A DNA stretch of 64,000 nt, from positions 2,892 to 66,891 of the forward strand of contig JAWLAV010000015.1 in assembly GCA_041395225.1 (NCBI GenBank), given 5' to 3'. Made by a program: the position numbers and the translations under genes. Under the pieces are notes generated by a model. It was given only the letters and a program-made list of their open reading frames with translations. It was not told the DNA's origin and made no database searches. Shown one piece after another: positions 47,133-55,744 of the stretch; position 1 is the stretch's first letter; each line of letters opens with the position of its first letter. The DNA is from Lysobacteraceae bacterium (GTDB lineage Bacteria > Pseudomonadota > Gammaproteobacteria > Xanthomonadales > Xanthomonadaceae).

Positions 47133-50100
47133 TCAGGCTTCCGGATTGCGCAGGAACCGCGCGATGGAAGGCGTGTTGCGGGTCGGGGCGAATTCATGGG
47201 CGATATCGACGAAGCCGCGCATCAGGGCGATTTCGCTGGGGCGGCGGTTGATGGCATCGCGTTGTTCGGGGTTCGCGCCAAGATCGAGCAGGGCGCGCAC
47301 GACGCGGCCCATGCCGTGCAGGGCGGCCAGATGCAGCGGGCCGAAGCCGCGACGATCTTGCGCTGCGAGTTTCACGCCGTGGCTGCCGAGGAGTTGCACC
47401 TGCGCCAGCACGGTATCCTCGCGCAGATTCGCGCCCGGTTCGTAGCCTGCACCGAGCAGCAGCAGCAGCGGTGTTTCGCCAGCGGCGTTGACGGCATCAA
47501 GGTCGGCCCCGGCGGCGATCAGCACGCCCCACAGATCCAGCACCGAAGAGGTGTTCGAAGCGCTGAAACCGAACTGCGCGGCGGCGTGCGCCACGCTGCC
47601 GCCGTGTGCATCCACGGCGCGGGCGTCGGCACCTGCACCGAGCAGGGCCCGCGCGGCGCGGGTCTGGCCGAGCGCTGCGGCCACCATCAACGCGGTGACG
47701 CCGCCGGGCAAGGGTTGGTCGGGATCGACGCCGCGTTCCAGCAAGGTGGCGACTGCGGGCAGGTTGCCGGAACTCAAGGCGGCGGAAAGGCAGGTGGCAC
47801 CGGAAGTGGCAGGCAGTGTGGCGTCCGCGCCGCGCTCCAGCAGCAGTTGCGCCACGGACAGATGGCCGCCGCCGCAGGCGCGCAACAGTGCGGTGCAGCC
47901 TTGTGCATCGGTGCTGTTCAACGGCAGGTTCAGATCGAGCAGATTGCGCACCGCGAACACGTCGCCAAGGCGCGCGGCAACGATGAGATCGGCGGGCCGC
48001 AGCGGACGGCGCGGCAGGGGCCATTGCGGCCATTCCAGCCAGCGCCGCAGATCGCCGCGCCCGTGTTCGAGCGCGTAGCCCAATGCGGTTTGGCCATCGC
48101 TGGTGCGGGTGGAAGGTTGTGCGCCGTGGCGGATCAGCAACCGCACCTGTTTCTCGTCGCCGCGTTCGCAGGCCATCAGCAGCGCGGCGATGCCGTTGCC
48201 GTTGCGCGATTCGGGATTCGCGCCGCGAGCGAGCAGGGTTTCCAGCAATCGATTGAAGCCCAGCCGCAGCGCGTGCGGCATCGGCGTGACGTGGCTTTGG
48301 GCATCCGCGCCGAAGGTGTCCGCGCCGCGTTCCAACAATTCCAGTGCGAGCGTTTCGCAGGTCTTGTCCTGCGGCGTGGCGGCAGCGAGGAAAGCGGCGA
48401 GCAAACCGGAGCCTGATGGGCTGGCACCGCGTGCCAACATCGTGCGGATGGCATCTTGTGCAGTCGGCCCTTGCATCAGCAGATGCGACATCAGCGATGC
48501 GCCGTGTTCGTCGCAGGCATCAAAGGGAATTGCATCGGCCAGCAGGCGCAACGCAGGTGGCGCCAGGCGTGGATGGATGTCGAGGAAGAAGGCGGTTTTT
48601 TCGGCGGGCGATTCGAACACGACCACGGGCGAATCGGCGGCGAGAAGGGCGTGTGCGGAACCCAGACGTTCGCGTTCCAGTGCCAGCCGCAGGCGCAACT
48701 TCGGCGGCGCGTCGGTGAGTTCCTCGTCGTTTTCGACCAGGCTGGCGGGAATGGTGTAATCCGGATCGAGCAGCAATACGTGCGACCAGCGGCCGGCGGC
48801 GACGGCGTAGTCGATGGGTTTGCGGCCATCGGCGGCGGCATGGTGGCGATCCACGCCCAGTTCCAGCAGGGCCGCGATCACGCCGCTGCCGGTGTGCGCG
48901 GCCTGGCAGGCGATCGCCAGCGCATTGCGCCCGGCGGAATCTTCGGCGGCGAGGTCGGGTTTGTGCGCTGCCAGCGCGTGGATGGTTTCCACGTGACCTG
49001 CGCGTGCGGCTTCCAGCAGCGGCGTGACGTTCTGCGCATCGCGTGCATTCACGTCCGCACCGGCGGTGAGCAGCGCCTTGACGATGGTGGTGTTGCCCGC
49101 CAACGCGGCTTCATGCAGTGCGCTGCGGTCCAGCCGGCCACGCGCATCCATTCGGGCCTTGTGTTTCAGCAGCAACTTCACCGTAGCGGGATCGTCGTTC
49201 GCGTGCGTCGCAGCCGCGAGCAATGCGGGCTGGCCGTTCGCAGGTTCGGCCTTGGCGCGGCGTTCGAGCAGGAAGGTGGCCAGCGCGAGGTTGCCGGTGG
49301 CGCAGGCCATGCCGAGCGGCGATTGGCCTTGCTTGTCGATGGCATCGATCAGTGCGCCTGCATCCAGCAGCAATGCAGCAACGCCCGGATCGAGGCTGCG
49401 TGCGGCGTTGTGCAACGGCGTGCTGCCTTCGGCATCGGCCACGCGCGGATCGGCACCGTTGGCCAGCAGCGTCATCACCGCATCCGGGCGGCCGTGGTAA
49501 CTGTCGCGCACGGCGGCCAGCAGCGGCGTGAGGCCGGAGTGGGAACGGTTCACGTCAATGCGCGCCTGAATCAGGGCGCGCAGCAGGCGCAAGTCGCTTT
49601 GTACCGCCGCCAGCATCGGCAAGGTGCGCTGGTCACGTGAGGCTGGATCGGGCAGGGCGTGTGGATCGACACCGCTTTGCAGCAGTTGCAGCGCATCGTC
49701 GATGCGGCCTTGTGCGGCGGCGGCATAAAGCAGGGCCGGGCCATCGATGGGCGGCGAGGCATCGGCGTCCGGCTCGATGACCAAATCTTCCTTCGCCGCG
49801 CGTTGCGCTTCCTCGCGGGCGAGGGATTCGCGGAACTGCTTCTCGCGCGCCAGCGTTGCCCAGCGGCTGCCCGCGCGAATCGCAAAACCGGCGGCAATCG
49901 GTGCGATCAGCAGGGCATGGATGAAGGTGAAGATGCGGTGCGCCTCCACCGAAGGCCATATCACGCGCCAGCCGCAGGCCAGGGCGGACAACGCCAATGC
50001 CAGCAGCGCGAAGGCGATCAGCCACGGCTTCATGGAAAGGAATCGCGCATCGCCGGTTTGCGCCAGTTCGTCCCGTGCGCGGGCGATGCTGCCGTTCGGG

Positions 50101-50474
50101 TCGGGATCGGTTTCCAGTTTCGCGGGCAAGGTTGCGCGCCGCCATGCCAGCACCAATGCAATGCCGATCAGCATCGAAAGCGCGAGCGTTGCGAACACGC
50201 CGCCACGATGCACCAGCCAGTTCGCCGGGATGAACAGTGCCGCGCCGAGCACCAGCAGCGCAGCAAGGAAGTACCAGTAGCGCCCGCGCAGAAAACGTTG
50301 CAGGCGCGTGTTCCAATCCAGTTCGCTGCCTGCGGCCAGCAGGAACAACGGTGCCGCCGCAATCGCCGCCCAACCCCACCACGGCGAACCGGGCAGCGCG
50401 GCGACAAGGCTCAAGGCCACCGGCAACAACCAGCCACCCAGCCGAACTATCGTGCTGGATGAATCAGTCGCCAT
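47133..50474 (-). CDS. Membrane-anchored ankyrin-repeat protein (1113 aa)
   Basis: Trimmed to ATG 50474 (MATDSSSTIVRLGGWLLPVALSLV...). The first ~230 aa contain about six hydrophobic segments. Numerous ankyrin-type repeats follow (G.TPLh.Aa..G....v..LL..GAd.n pattern). Confidence 0.8.
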   Translation of the reverse strand: MATDSSSTIVRLGGWLLPVALSLVAALPGSPWWGWAAIAAAPLFLLAAGSELDWNTRLQRFLRGRYWYFLAALLVLGAALFIPANWLVHRGGVFATLALSMLIGIALVLAWRRATLPAKLETDPDPNGSIARARDELAQTGDARFLSMKPWLIAFALLALALSALACGWRVIWPSVEAHRIFTFIHALLIAPIAAGFAIRAGSRWATLAREKQFRESLAREEAQRAAKEDLVIEPDADASPPIDGPALLYAAAAQGRIDDALQLLQSGVDPHALPDPASRDQRTLPMLAAVQSDLRLLRALIQARIDVNRSHSGLTPLLAAVRDSYHGRPDAVMTLLANGADPRVADAEGSTPLHNAARSLDPGVAALLLDAGALIDAIDKQGQSPLGMACATGNLALATFLLERRAKAEPANGQPALLAAATHANDDPATVKLLLKHKARMDARGRLDRSALHEAALAGNTTIVKALLTAGADVNARDAQNVTPLLEAARAGHVETIHALAAHKPDLAAEDSAGRNALAIACQAAHTGSGVIAALLELGVDRHHAAADGRKPIDYAVAAGRWSHVLLLDPDYTIPASLVENDEELTDAPPKLRLRLALERERLGSAHALLAADSPVVVFESPAEKTAFFLDIHPRLAPPALRLLADAIPFDACDEHGASLMSHLLMQGPTAQDAIRTMLARGASPSGSGLLAAFLAAATPQDKTCETLALELLERGADTFGADAQSHVTPMPHALRLGFNRLLETLLARGANPESRNGNGIAALLMACERGDEKQVRLLIRHGAQPSTRTSDGQTALGYALEHGRGDLRRWLEWPQWPLPRRPLRPADLIVAARLGDVFAVRNLLDLNLPLNSTDAQGCTALLRACGGGHLSVAQLLLERGADATLPATSGATCLSAALSSGNLPAVATLLERGVDPDQPLPGGVTALMVAAALGQTRAARALLGAGADARAVDAHGGSVAHAAAQFGFSASNTSSVLDLWGVLIAAGADLDAVNAAGETPLLLLLGAGYEPGANLREDTVLAQVQLLGSHGVKLAAQDRRGFGPLHLAALHGMGRVVRALLDLGANPEQRDAINRRPSEIALMRGFVDIAHEFAPTRNTPSIARFLRNPEA

Positions 50475-50721
50475 GCTCATCCTGCCCGGCAACCACGGGC
50501 GGCATTTGCAGGTGCCAGCCGCGCACGGTGAGGTTTTCCAATACCTGCACCGCATCCTCGCGCGCCAGCGTGCGTTCGGGCGTGAGGTCGAATTCCACGA
50601 CGAAAGTCAACGGTTCCAGCGTGGCGCGCAGCGCATCGGGAATCGCGTCGAAACCTTCGCGCGTGGCGAGGTAAACGTAGGTATCGGCGCGGCGGGCGCT
50701 CTTGAAGACGTGGCAACGCAT
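50464..50721 (-). CDS. YcgL-domain protein
   Basis: ATG 50721 inside track ORF 50464..51162. MRCHVFKSARRADTYVYLATREGFDAIPDAL is the YcgL-family N-terminus. The stop overlaps the ankyrin gene start (ATGGCGACTGA). Confidence 0.75.
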   Translation of the reverse strand: MRCHVFKSARRADTYVYLATREGFDAIPDALRATLEPLTFVVEFDLTPERTLAREDAVQVLENLTVRGWHLQMPPVVAGQDEHGD

Positions 50722-50768
50722 TCGCGGATCGGAGGCTGGGTTCTGCGCAAGCATAGGGGGTGTTCGCC

Positions 50769-52124
50769 TCATCTGCCCGCCATCAACGCTTCCAGTTCCT
50801 CGCTGTGTTTGGGCAGCGCCCGGCTCAGCACCTCGCAGCCGCTGCGCGTGACCGCCACGTCGTCCTCGATCCGCACGCCGATGCCGCGCCAACGCGCCGC
50901 GACGGTTTTGTCGTCCGGACGCACGTACAGGCCAGGTTCGATGGTGAACGCCATCGAAGGCTCCAGCATCCGGAACTCGTTGTCGATGCGGTAATCGCCC
51001 ACGTCGTGCACGTCCAGGCCAAGCCAGTGGCCGGTCTTGTGCGGATAGAAGCGGCGGCAGCTTTCGTCCTTCAGGTTCTGCTTCAACGTGCCTTTCAAAA
51101 GGCCCAGTCGCAGCAAGCCATCGGTGAGCGTCTCCACGGCGGCTTGATGCGGTGCGATCCACGAGGCGCCGGGTTTCACGGTGTCGATTGCCGCCAGTTG
51201 CGCTTCAAGCACCAGATCGTGGATGGCGCGCTGCGCCGGTGAATAGTGGCCATTGGCCGGAAAGGTGCGGGTGATGTCCGAGGCGTAGCCTTGCACTTCC
51301 GCACCGGCGTCGATCAGCAACAAGTCGCCGTCGGCGATGCGCGCATCGTTGTTGCGATAGTGCAGCACACAACCGTTGCTGCCCGCAGCCACGATGGGCG
51401 AATACGATGGCACCGCACCGTGGCGACGGAAGCGGTACAACAGCTCGGCCTCGATTTCGTATTCCATGCAGGCAGGCTGCGTGGCGCGCATTGCCGCAAC
51501 GTGGGCTTCGATCGCCACGGCGCAGGCGCGCCGCATCAGCGAAAGTTCTGCAGCGCTCTTGTACAGCCGCAGTTCGTGCAGCAAATGTCCGATCTGCTGG
51601 AACTCGTGCGGCGAGGTGGAGCTTCCGCGCAGTTGTGCGCGCACCCGCTTCACCCAGCCGATCAGTTTCAGATCGAAATCGGCATCGCGGCCGAAGTGGA
51701 AGAACACGCGGCTGCGGCCTTCGATCAGGCGTGGCAGGATTTCGTCCATGTCCGACCACGGATACGCATCGTCCATGCCGTAGCGTTCCACCGCGCCTTC
51801 CGGCCCGGTACGCGGGCCATCCCAAGCCTCGCGTTCGGGATCGCGTTCGCGGCAGAACAGCAGTGCTTGCCCGGCACTGCGGCCTGGCACCAGCACCAGC
51901 ACGGCTTCGGGTTCCGCAAAGCCGGTGAGATACCAGAAATCCGAATCCTGCCGGTAGGGATAGTGCGTGTCGTTGCTGCGGATGCGTTCGGGCGCGGCGG
52001 GAATCACCAGGATCGCATCATCGCCGGCCATTTCCATCAAACGGCGGCGGCGACGCGCGAATTCGGCGGCGGTGATCGGCGGGGCATTGTCACCGACCAA
52101 CGCGGGCTTGAGTTGCGCGTTCAA
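50769..52124 (-). CDS. pepP: Xaa-Pro aminopeptidase (aminopeptidase P)
   Basis: YPYRQDSDFWYLTGF, the HYRNN..DGDLLLIDAG block, HWLGLDVHD and GIGVRIEDD are collinear with E. coli PepP. There is no ATG start. TTG candidates lie at 52160, 52124 (ATTGA overlap with the ygfB stop) and 52100. Confidence 0.9.
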   Translation of the reverse strand: MNAQLKPALVGDNAPPITAAEFARRRRRLMEMAGDDAILVIPAAPERIRSNDTHYPYRQDSDFWYLTGFAEPEAVLVLVPGRSAGQALLFCRERDPEREAWDGPRTGPEGAVERYGMDDAYPWSDMDEILPRLIEGRSRVFFHFGRDADFDLKLIGWVKRVRAQLRGSSTSPHEFQQIGHLLHELRLYKSAAELSLMRRACAVAIEAHVAAMRATQPACMEYEIEAELLYRFRRHGAVPSYSPIVAAGSNGCVLHYRNNDARIADGDLLLIDAGAEVQGYASDITRTFPANGHYSPAQRAIHDLVLEAQLAAIDTVKPGASWIAPHQAAVETLTDGLLRLGLLKGTLKQNLKDESCRRFYPHKTGHWLGLDVHDVGDYRIDNEFRMLEPSMAFTIEPGLYVRPDDKTVAARWRGIGVRIEDDVAVTRSGCEVLSRALPKHSEELEALMAGR

Positions 52125-52669
52125 TGCAGCCTCGAACGCGGCATCGCTTCCACGCGGCAATCCCCGTGCAGCAGCAATGCGGCCACGCGCACGAACTCCA
52201 GGATTTCCTCGAAGGCTTCCTGCGCTTCCTCGTCATCGTCGGAGATCGCATCGAAGGCCGCGATCTTCGCCAGATCGTGCAGGGCTTCGGAAGATTCGGG
52301 CGAGAGAGGTGCTTCATTGCCCGCCGCCAGACCGAAGCCGCCGAGGAAGCCGCGGCTCCATTCCAGCAGCGCCTGAACCCGCTGCGAAAACGGTTCCTGC
52401 GCGGATGGAAGCAACGGCATGAAACCGAAATCCGGTGCATCGAGCGCTTCGCGGCTGGCATCCAGCAGGGCGTGCAACACCGGTTCGGATGCCGCAGCTT
52501 CACTGGCCTCATAGCCGAGCCGTTCGATCAGATTGCGGTCGGTGGGATGGCCGCCGCCGGCCAGATACCCGCACAGCGAACCGTGCAGTTCGGATGCGGC
52601 AACGCCGAGCTTGAGGCGGGAAGCGGCCTGATCGACTTCGTCGAGCAGCGGCATGGGTTGGGAAGTCAC
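52121..52669 (-). CDS. ygfB: UPF0149 family protein YgfB
   Basis: ASELHGSLCGYLAGGG, an acidic C-terminal region (DDDEEAQEAFEEILEFVRVAALLLH) and the position directly upstream of pepP support the call. The track start is GTG 52669; the first ATG is at 52654. Confidence 0.8.
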   Translation of the reverse strand: MTSQPMPLLDEVDQAASRLKLGVAASELHGSLCGYLAGGGHPTDRNLIERLGYEASEAAASEPVLHALLDASREALDAPDFGFMPLLPSAQEPFSQRVQALLEWSRGFLGGFGLAAGNEAPLSPESSEALHDLAKIAAFDAISDDDEEAQEAFEEILEFVRVAALLLHGDCRVEAMPRSRLH

Positions 52670-52700
52670 GGGAGATTCCGGGCCGGAAATGGGGGCAATT

Positions 52701-52867
52701 CTAGTGTAGTGCTGCGTGTTAAGCGGTGCTTGCAGGTCTGTGGATTTGCGTTCGTGGCAAGGCGTAAACCACAGCGATACCCGAAGGTATCGCGAGGATT
52801 TGCAACGCCACTACGGGCGCAAAGACGCGGGCCTGCAAGTGCCGATTGGCGGGCAGCACTGCACTGG
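52701..52867 (+). ncRNA. ssrS: Candidate 6S RNA (ends approximate)
   Basis: A long rod-like fold: stem 52703-52715/52853-52865 (13 bp), stem 52725-52738/52830-52843 (14 bp), stem 52745-52758/52807-52823 (14 bp with a 3-nt bulge), a large internal loop, and an 8-bp terminal hairpin GCGATACC-CGAA-GGTATCGC. Six G-U pairs would be A-C mismatches on the other strand. It sits divergent from ygfB-pepP, as ssrS does in E. coli. Confidence 0.45.
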
Positions 52868-52904
52868 CAACCAAACCGGTGAGTGGCCGGGTGTACCCAA
52901 GGCC

Positions 52905-52935
52905 CGAAAACACAAACGCCGGGCAAACCCGGCGT
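52905..52935 (-). terminator. Rho-independent terminator downstream of hcp
   Basis: An 8-bp stem ACGCCGGG-CAAA-CCCGGCGT (52916-52935). On the minus strand it is followed by TTGTGTTTTCGGG. Confidence 0.55.
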
Positions 52936-52961
52936 CGTGCGTGCAGCGTGTGGCGATGCGC

Positions 52962-53444
52962 TCAGCGGGTTTCGGTGGAAGCGATGTTCCAGCCGAACTT
53001 GCCGCCGCCGCCCAGGCTGCCCTTGTCGTCCTGTGCTTTGTATTCGAACTCGATGTCCTCATACGCCAGGCTCACTTCTTCGATGATTTCACCGTCCTGG
53101 TTGCAATAGGGTTTGACCGAGCTGACCTTCACCGGCTTCATCTTGATGATGAGGTAATCCTTCTGGCCGTCACCGGATTTGCGTGCGGTGATCGTGGCCG
53201 TGGCGATGTGCTTGCCCGAAGCGGCGTTCTTGGCCAGAACCGGGGAGGCCTTGTCGTAACGGTGGCGGAAAACGAAATTCAGGGGCACGCCCTTGCCTTG
53301 GCCGCCGCCGGAGCCCTTGCCGAAGGTGGAGGGGTTGGTAACGCCCCATTCCCAGCCGATCAGTTCGATTTCGCCGCTGTGATCCTTGTGTTTGGATTCG
53401 CCGTCGATGCCGTCGAGTTTCAGGTGGGTGTCGATGGTGCTCAT
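52962..53444 (-). CDS. hcp: Type VI secretion tube protein Hcp (TssD)
   Basis: A 160-aa protein collinear with P. aeruginosa Hcp1 (KLDGIDGESKHKDHSGEIELIGWEWG..., TARKSGDGQKDYLIIKM, KFGWNI). Confidence 0.9.
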   Translation of the reverse strand: MSTIDTHLKLDGIDGESKHKDHSGEIELIGWEWGVTNPSTFGKGSGGGQGKGVPLNFVFRHRYDKASPVLAKNAASGKHIATATITARKSGDGQKDYLIIKMKPVKVSSVKPYCNQDGEIIEEVSLAYEDIEFEYKAQDDKGSLGGGGKFGWNIASTETR

Positions 53445-53747
53445 GGTGTCCTCGCAAATTTGAGTAGTGGGATGGATCGCCGCCGGAAGCGATGTGCCGC
53501 CGACGTGGTTCGCTTTGCGGCGTTGCCGCGCGGCGAAGTCGGCTGCGATCCAGTGACGGTTGACCGCCGACTCTTTGGCAAGACGAAGCTGGCGCAGGCA
53601 TTTTCAAGCGCGCTGCAAATCCGCCGCATGGGGAAACATTCAGATTCGGCACGCATGGGAGGCGATTTCAAAATGCCCCTGTGGCAGCCGTCTTGTTGGG
53701 ACGGCGCGCCGCGCCGCGTTTCCCGCATTTTGCCCGACGAGGCCATC

Positions 53748-54320
53748 ATGTCCAACATTTCGAACAATTCGCAGCCGTCGAGCATCAACGATCTGCTCGA
53801 CCTCGACCAGTTGGTGCTGAGCGAGGACATGGACATGCTGCTGGAGGTGAAGCCCAAAGGTGGCGGCACGCCGCTGAAGGGCGAAGGCCGCCCTGCGGCG
53901 GGACTGGGGTCGCCCTCGCTCATCCTGGGCTTTCGTTGGGGTCAGAGTCGGCATGCGGGCGAAACGGCGTGGAAGGACTCCGCTTCGCTTGGCGCGCGCA
54001 TGGTGTCCGATCTGTACATCGTGAAGGAAGTGGATTTGGCCACCGCCGGGCTGGCTGGAATATGCGGCACCAACAAGGGAGTCGAGAAGGCTACGCTGGT
54101 GTGCCTCAAGGCCGGCGACGGCCAGAAGGAATACTTGCGGATCGAGGTATCCGATGGTGGCCTGCGCAATCACAACGTATTCACCAGTGGACGCCACAAC
54201 CGCGTGCTGGAATCCTTCCAGATCACCTTCAATACCCTGACGATTACCTGCCTGCCGCAAACTGGCAAGGGCAGCATGGGTGGCGCCACGCAGTTCCAGT
54301 TGGTCATTCCCACCGCCTGA
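53748..54320 (+). CDS. Divergent Hcp-like protein (TssD paralogue) with acidic N-terminal extension
   Basis: Start ATG 53748 inside track ORF 52716..54320, preceded by GAGG 6 nt upstream. DMLLEVKPKGGGTPLKGEG...LILGFRWG and CLKAGDGQKEYLRIEV align with the Hcp blocks DMFIKIGDVKGES...VLAWSWG and RKAGG..EYLIITL. Alternative starts at 53829/53835 would give a canonical-length Hcp. It occupies the hcp position upstream of tagJ. Confidence 0.6.
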   Translation: MSNISNNSQPSSINDLLDLDQLVLSEDMDMLLEVKPKGGGTPLKGEGRPAAGLGSPSLILGFRWGQSRHAGETAWKDSASLGARMVSDLYIVKEVDLATAGLAGICGTNKGVEKATLVCLKAGDGQKEYLRIEVSDGGLRNHNVFTSGRHNRVLESFQITFNTLTITCLPQTGKGSMGGATQFQLVIPTA

Positions 54321-54366
54321 TGCGGTTCCCCTTCCACGAAAACCAGAACCCACCACGGAGCACCGC

Positions 54367-55212
54367 ATGAGCCAGGCCGAAGACCTGCTGCGCCAGGGGC
54401 AGCCCGATGCCGCCCTCGCGGCCTTGACCGAACAGGTGCGCAAGGCGCCGGGCGATTCGAAATTGCGGGTGTTCCTGGCGCAGTTGCTGTGCGTCAACGG
54501 CGCGTGGGAACGCGCGCTGGCGCAGTTGAAAGTGGCCGCCGAACTGGACGCTTCCGCCATTCCGATGCAGCAGATGATCGGCGATGCCATCGGCTGCGAA
54601 GCGGTGCGCCGCGATGTGTTCGCGGGCAAGCGCTCCCCGATGGTGTTCGGCGAGCCGGAGCCGTGGCTGGCACTGTTGATCGAATCCCTGCTGCAAGCAG
54701 GCAACGGCCAGCACGCATTGGCGCAGGATTTGAACGAACGCGCACTGGATGCCGCGCCCGCCAGCAGCGGAACCCTGGATGGCAACCGCTTCGAATGGAT
54801 CGCCGATGCCGATACGCGGCTTGGCCCGGTGCTGGAAGCGGTCATCAATGGCCGTTACTACTGGGTGCCGTTCACGCGCCTTTCCGAAGTGAACACCGAA
54901 GCGCCCACCGATCTGCGCGATCTCGTCTGGCTGCCGGCGCGGCTGGCCTTCACCAACGGCGGCGAAGCCTTCGCATTGTTGCCGGTGCGGTATCCGGGCA
55001 CGGAATTGCTTGAAGACGGCGTGGTCCGTCTGTCGCGCCGTACCGAATGGAAGGAATCCCAGCCGGGCCGTTATCTGGGCTTGGGCCAACGTTTGCTGTG
55101 CACCGATGCGGGTGAGTCGGGTCTCCTGGAAATTCGCAACATCGTGCTGGATGAAGCATCCGCCGGGGAAGACGAAGGGGAGGCTGTGCCGGACGCTGCG
55201 CCTGAGGCATGA
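54367..55212 (+). CDS. tagJ: Type VI secretion accessory protein TagJ (ImpE family)
   Basis: Start ATG 54367. An N-terminal TPR-like region (LRVFLAQLLCVNGAWERALAQLKVAAELDASA) and the C-terminal block NGRYYWVPF...LRDLVWLPARL fit the ImpE/TagJ pattern. Confidence 0.8.
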   Translation: MSQAEDLLRQGQPDAALAALTEQVRKAPGDSKLRVFLAQLLCVNGAWERALAQLKVAAELDASAIPMQQMIGDAIGCEAVRRDVFAGKRSPMVFGEPEPWLALLIESLLQAGNGQHALAQDLNERALDAAPASSGTLDGNRFEWIADADTRLGPVLEAVINGRYYWVPFTRLSEVNTEAPTDLRDLVWLPARLAFTNGGEAFALLPVRYPGTELLEDGVVRLSRRTEWKESQPGRYLGLGQRLLCTDAGESGLLEIRNIVLDEASAGEDEGEAVPDAAPEA

Positions 55213-55219
55213 TCCGCCG

Positions 55220-55744
55220 ATGGCCAGGACGCATACCCAGCCGGCCCAGCGCCTGCAACCTTCGCTGCTCGATCGGTTGATCGACGACGAACCGCGCCGC
55301 GCCACCGAAGCGCCCGAATCCCGCGTGCTGGACAAGCGCGGCCTGCGTGCCGCCGTGCTGCGCGATCTGGCCTGGCTGTTCAACGCCATCGACTACGGCG
55401 ATCAGTTCGAGCCTGCGCACTATCCTCAGGTGGCGCGCTCGGTGTTGAACTACGGCCTGCCGCAGCTTTCCGGTGGCTATGCGTCCAGTGTGGACATCAC
55501 CCGGCTGGAAGCCACCATTCGCAGCAGCATTTTGCTGTTCGAGCCGCGCATCGTGCCTTCCTCGTTGCGCGTGATTGCGCAGATGAACCACTCCATCCTG
55601 GACGTGCACAACCAGTTGGCGCTCACCATCAACGGCCTGTTGTGGGCGCAGCCGGTGCCGCTGGAAATCCACCTGCGCACGCAGATCGACCTTGAGCACA
55701 ACAACGTCACCGTGGTTGATGCTTCCAGCATTGGAGCGATCTGA
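55220..55744 (+). CDS. tssE: Type VI secretion baseplate subunit TssE (gp25-like)
   Basis: Start ATG 55220. LQPSLLDRLIDD...LRAAVLRDLAWLFN...VLNYGLP...FEPRI is the GPW/gp25 pattern. Confidence 0.85.
   Translation: MARTHTQPAQRLQPSLLDRLIDDEPRRATEAPESRVLDKRGLRAAVLRDLAWLFNAIDYGDQFEPAHYPQVARSVLNYGLPQLSGGYASSVDITRLEATIRSSILLFEPRIVPSSLRVIAQMNHSILDVHNQLALTINGLLWAQPVPLEIHLRTQIDLEHNNVTVVDASSIGAI

Noticed and set aside
53682-53697. A sigma-54 promoter upstream of the Hcp-like/tagJ/tssEFG operon (TGGCAG-CCGTC-TTGT).
   Set aside because: The spacing and the -24 GG fit. The conserved -12 GC is replaced by GT, however. A second candidate at 53572-53586 has the wrong spacing. This is too weak to call without a position-weight-matrix score or a mapped 5' end.
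52716-53747. The upstream 344 codons of track ORF 52716..54320, which would make a 534-aa protein.
   Set aside because: This part runs antisense through the canonical hcp gene and through the candidate 6S region. Only the last 190 codons show Hcp-like blocks, and they are preceded by a GAGG ribosome-binding site.
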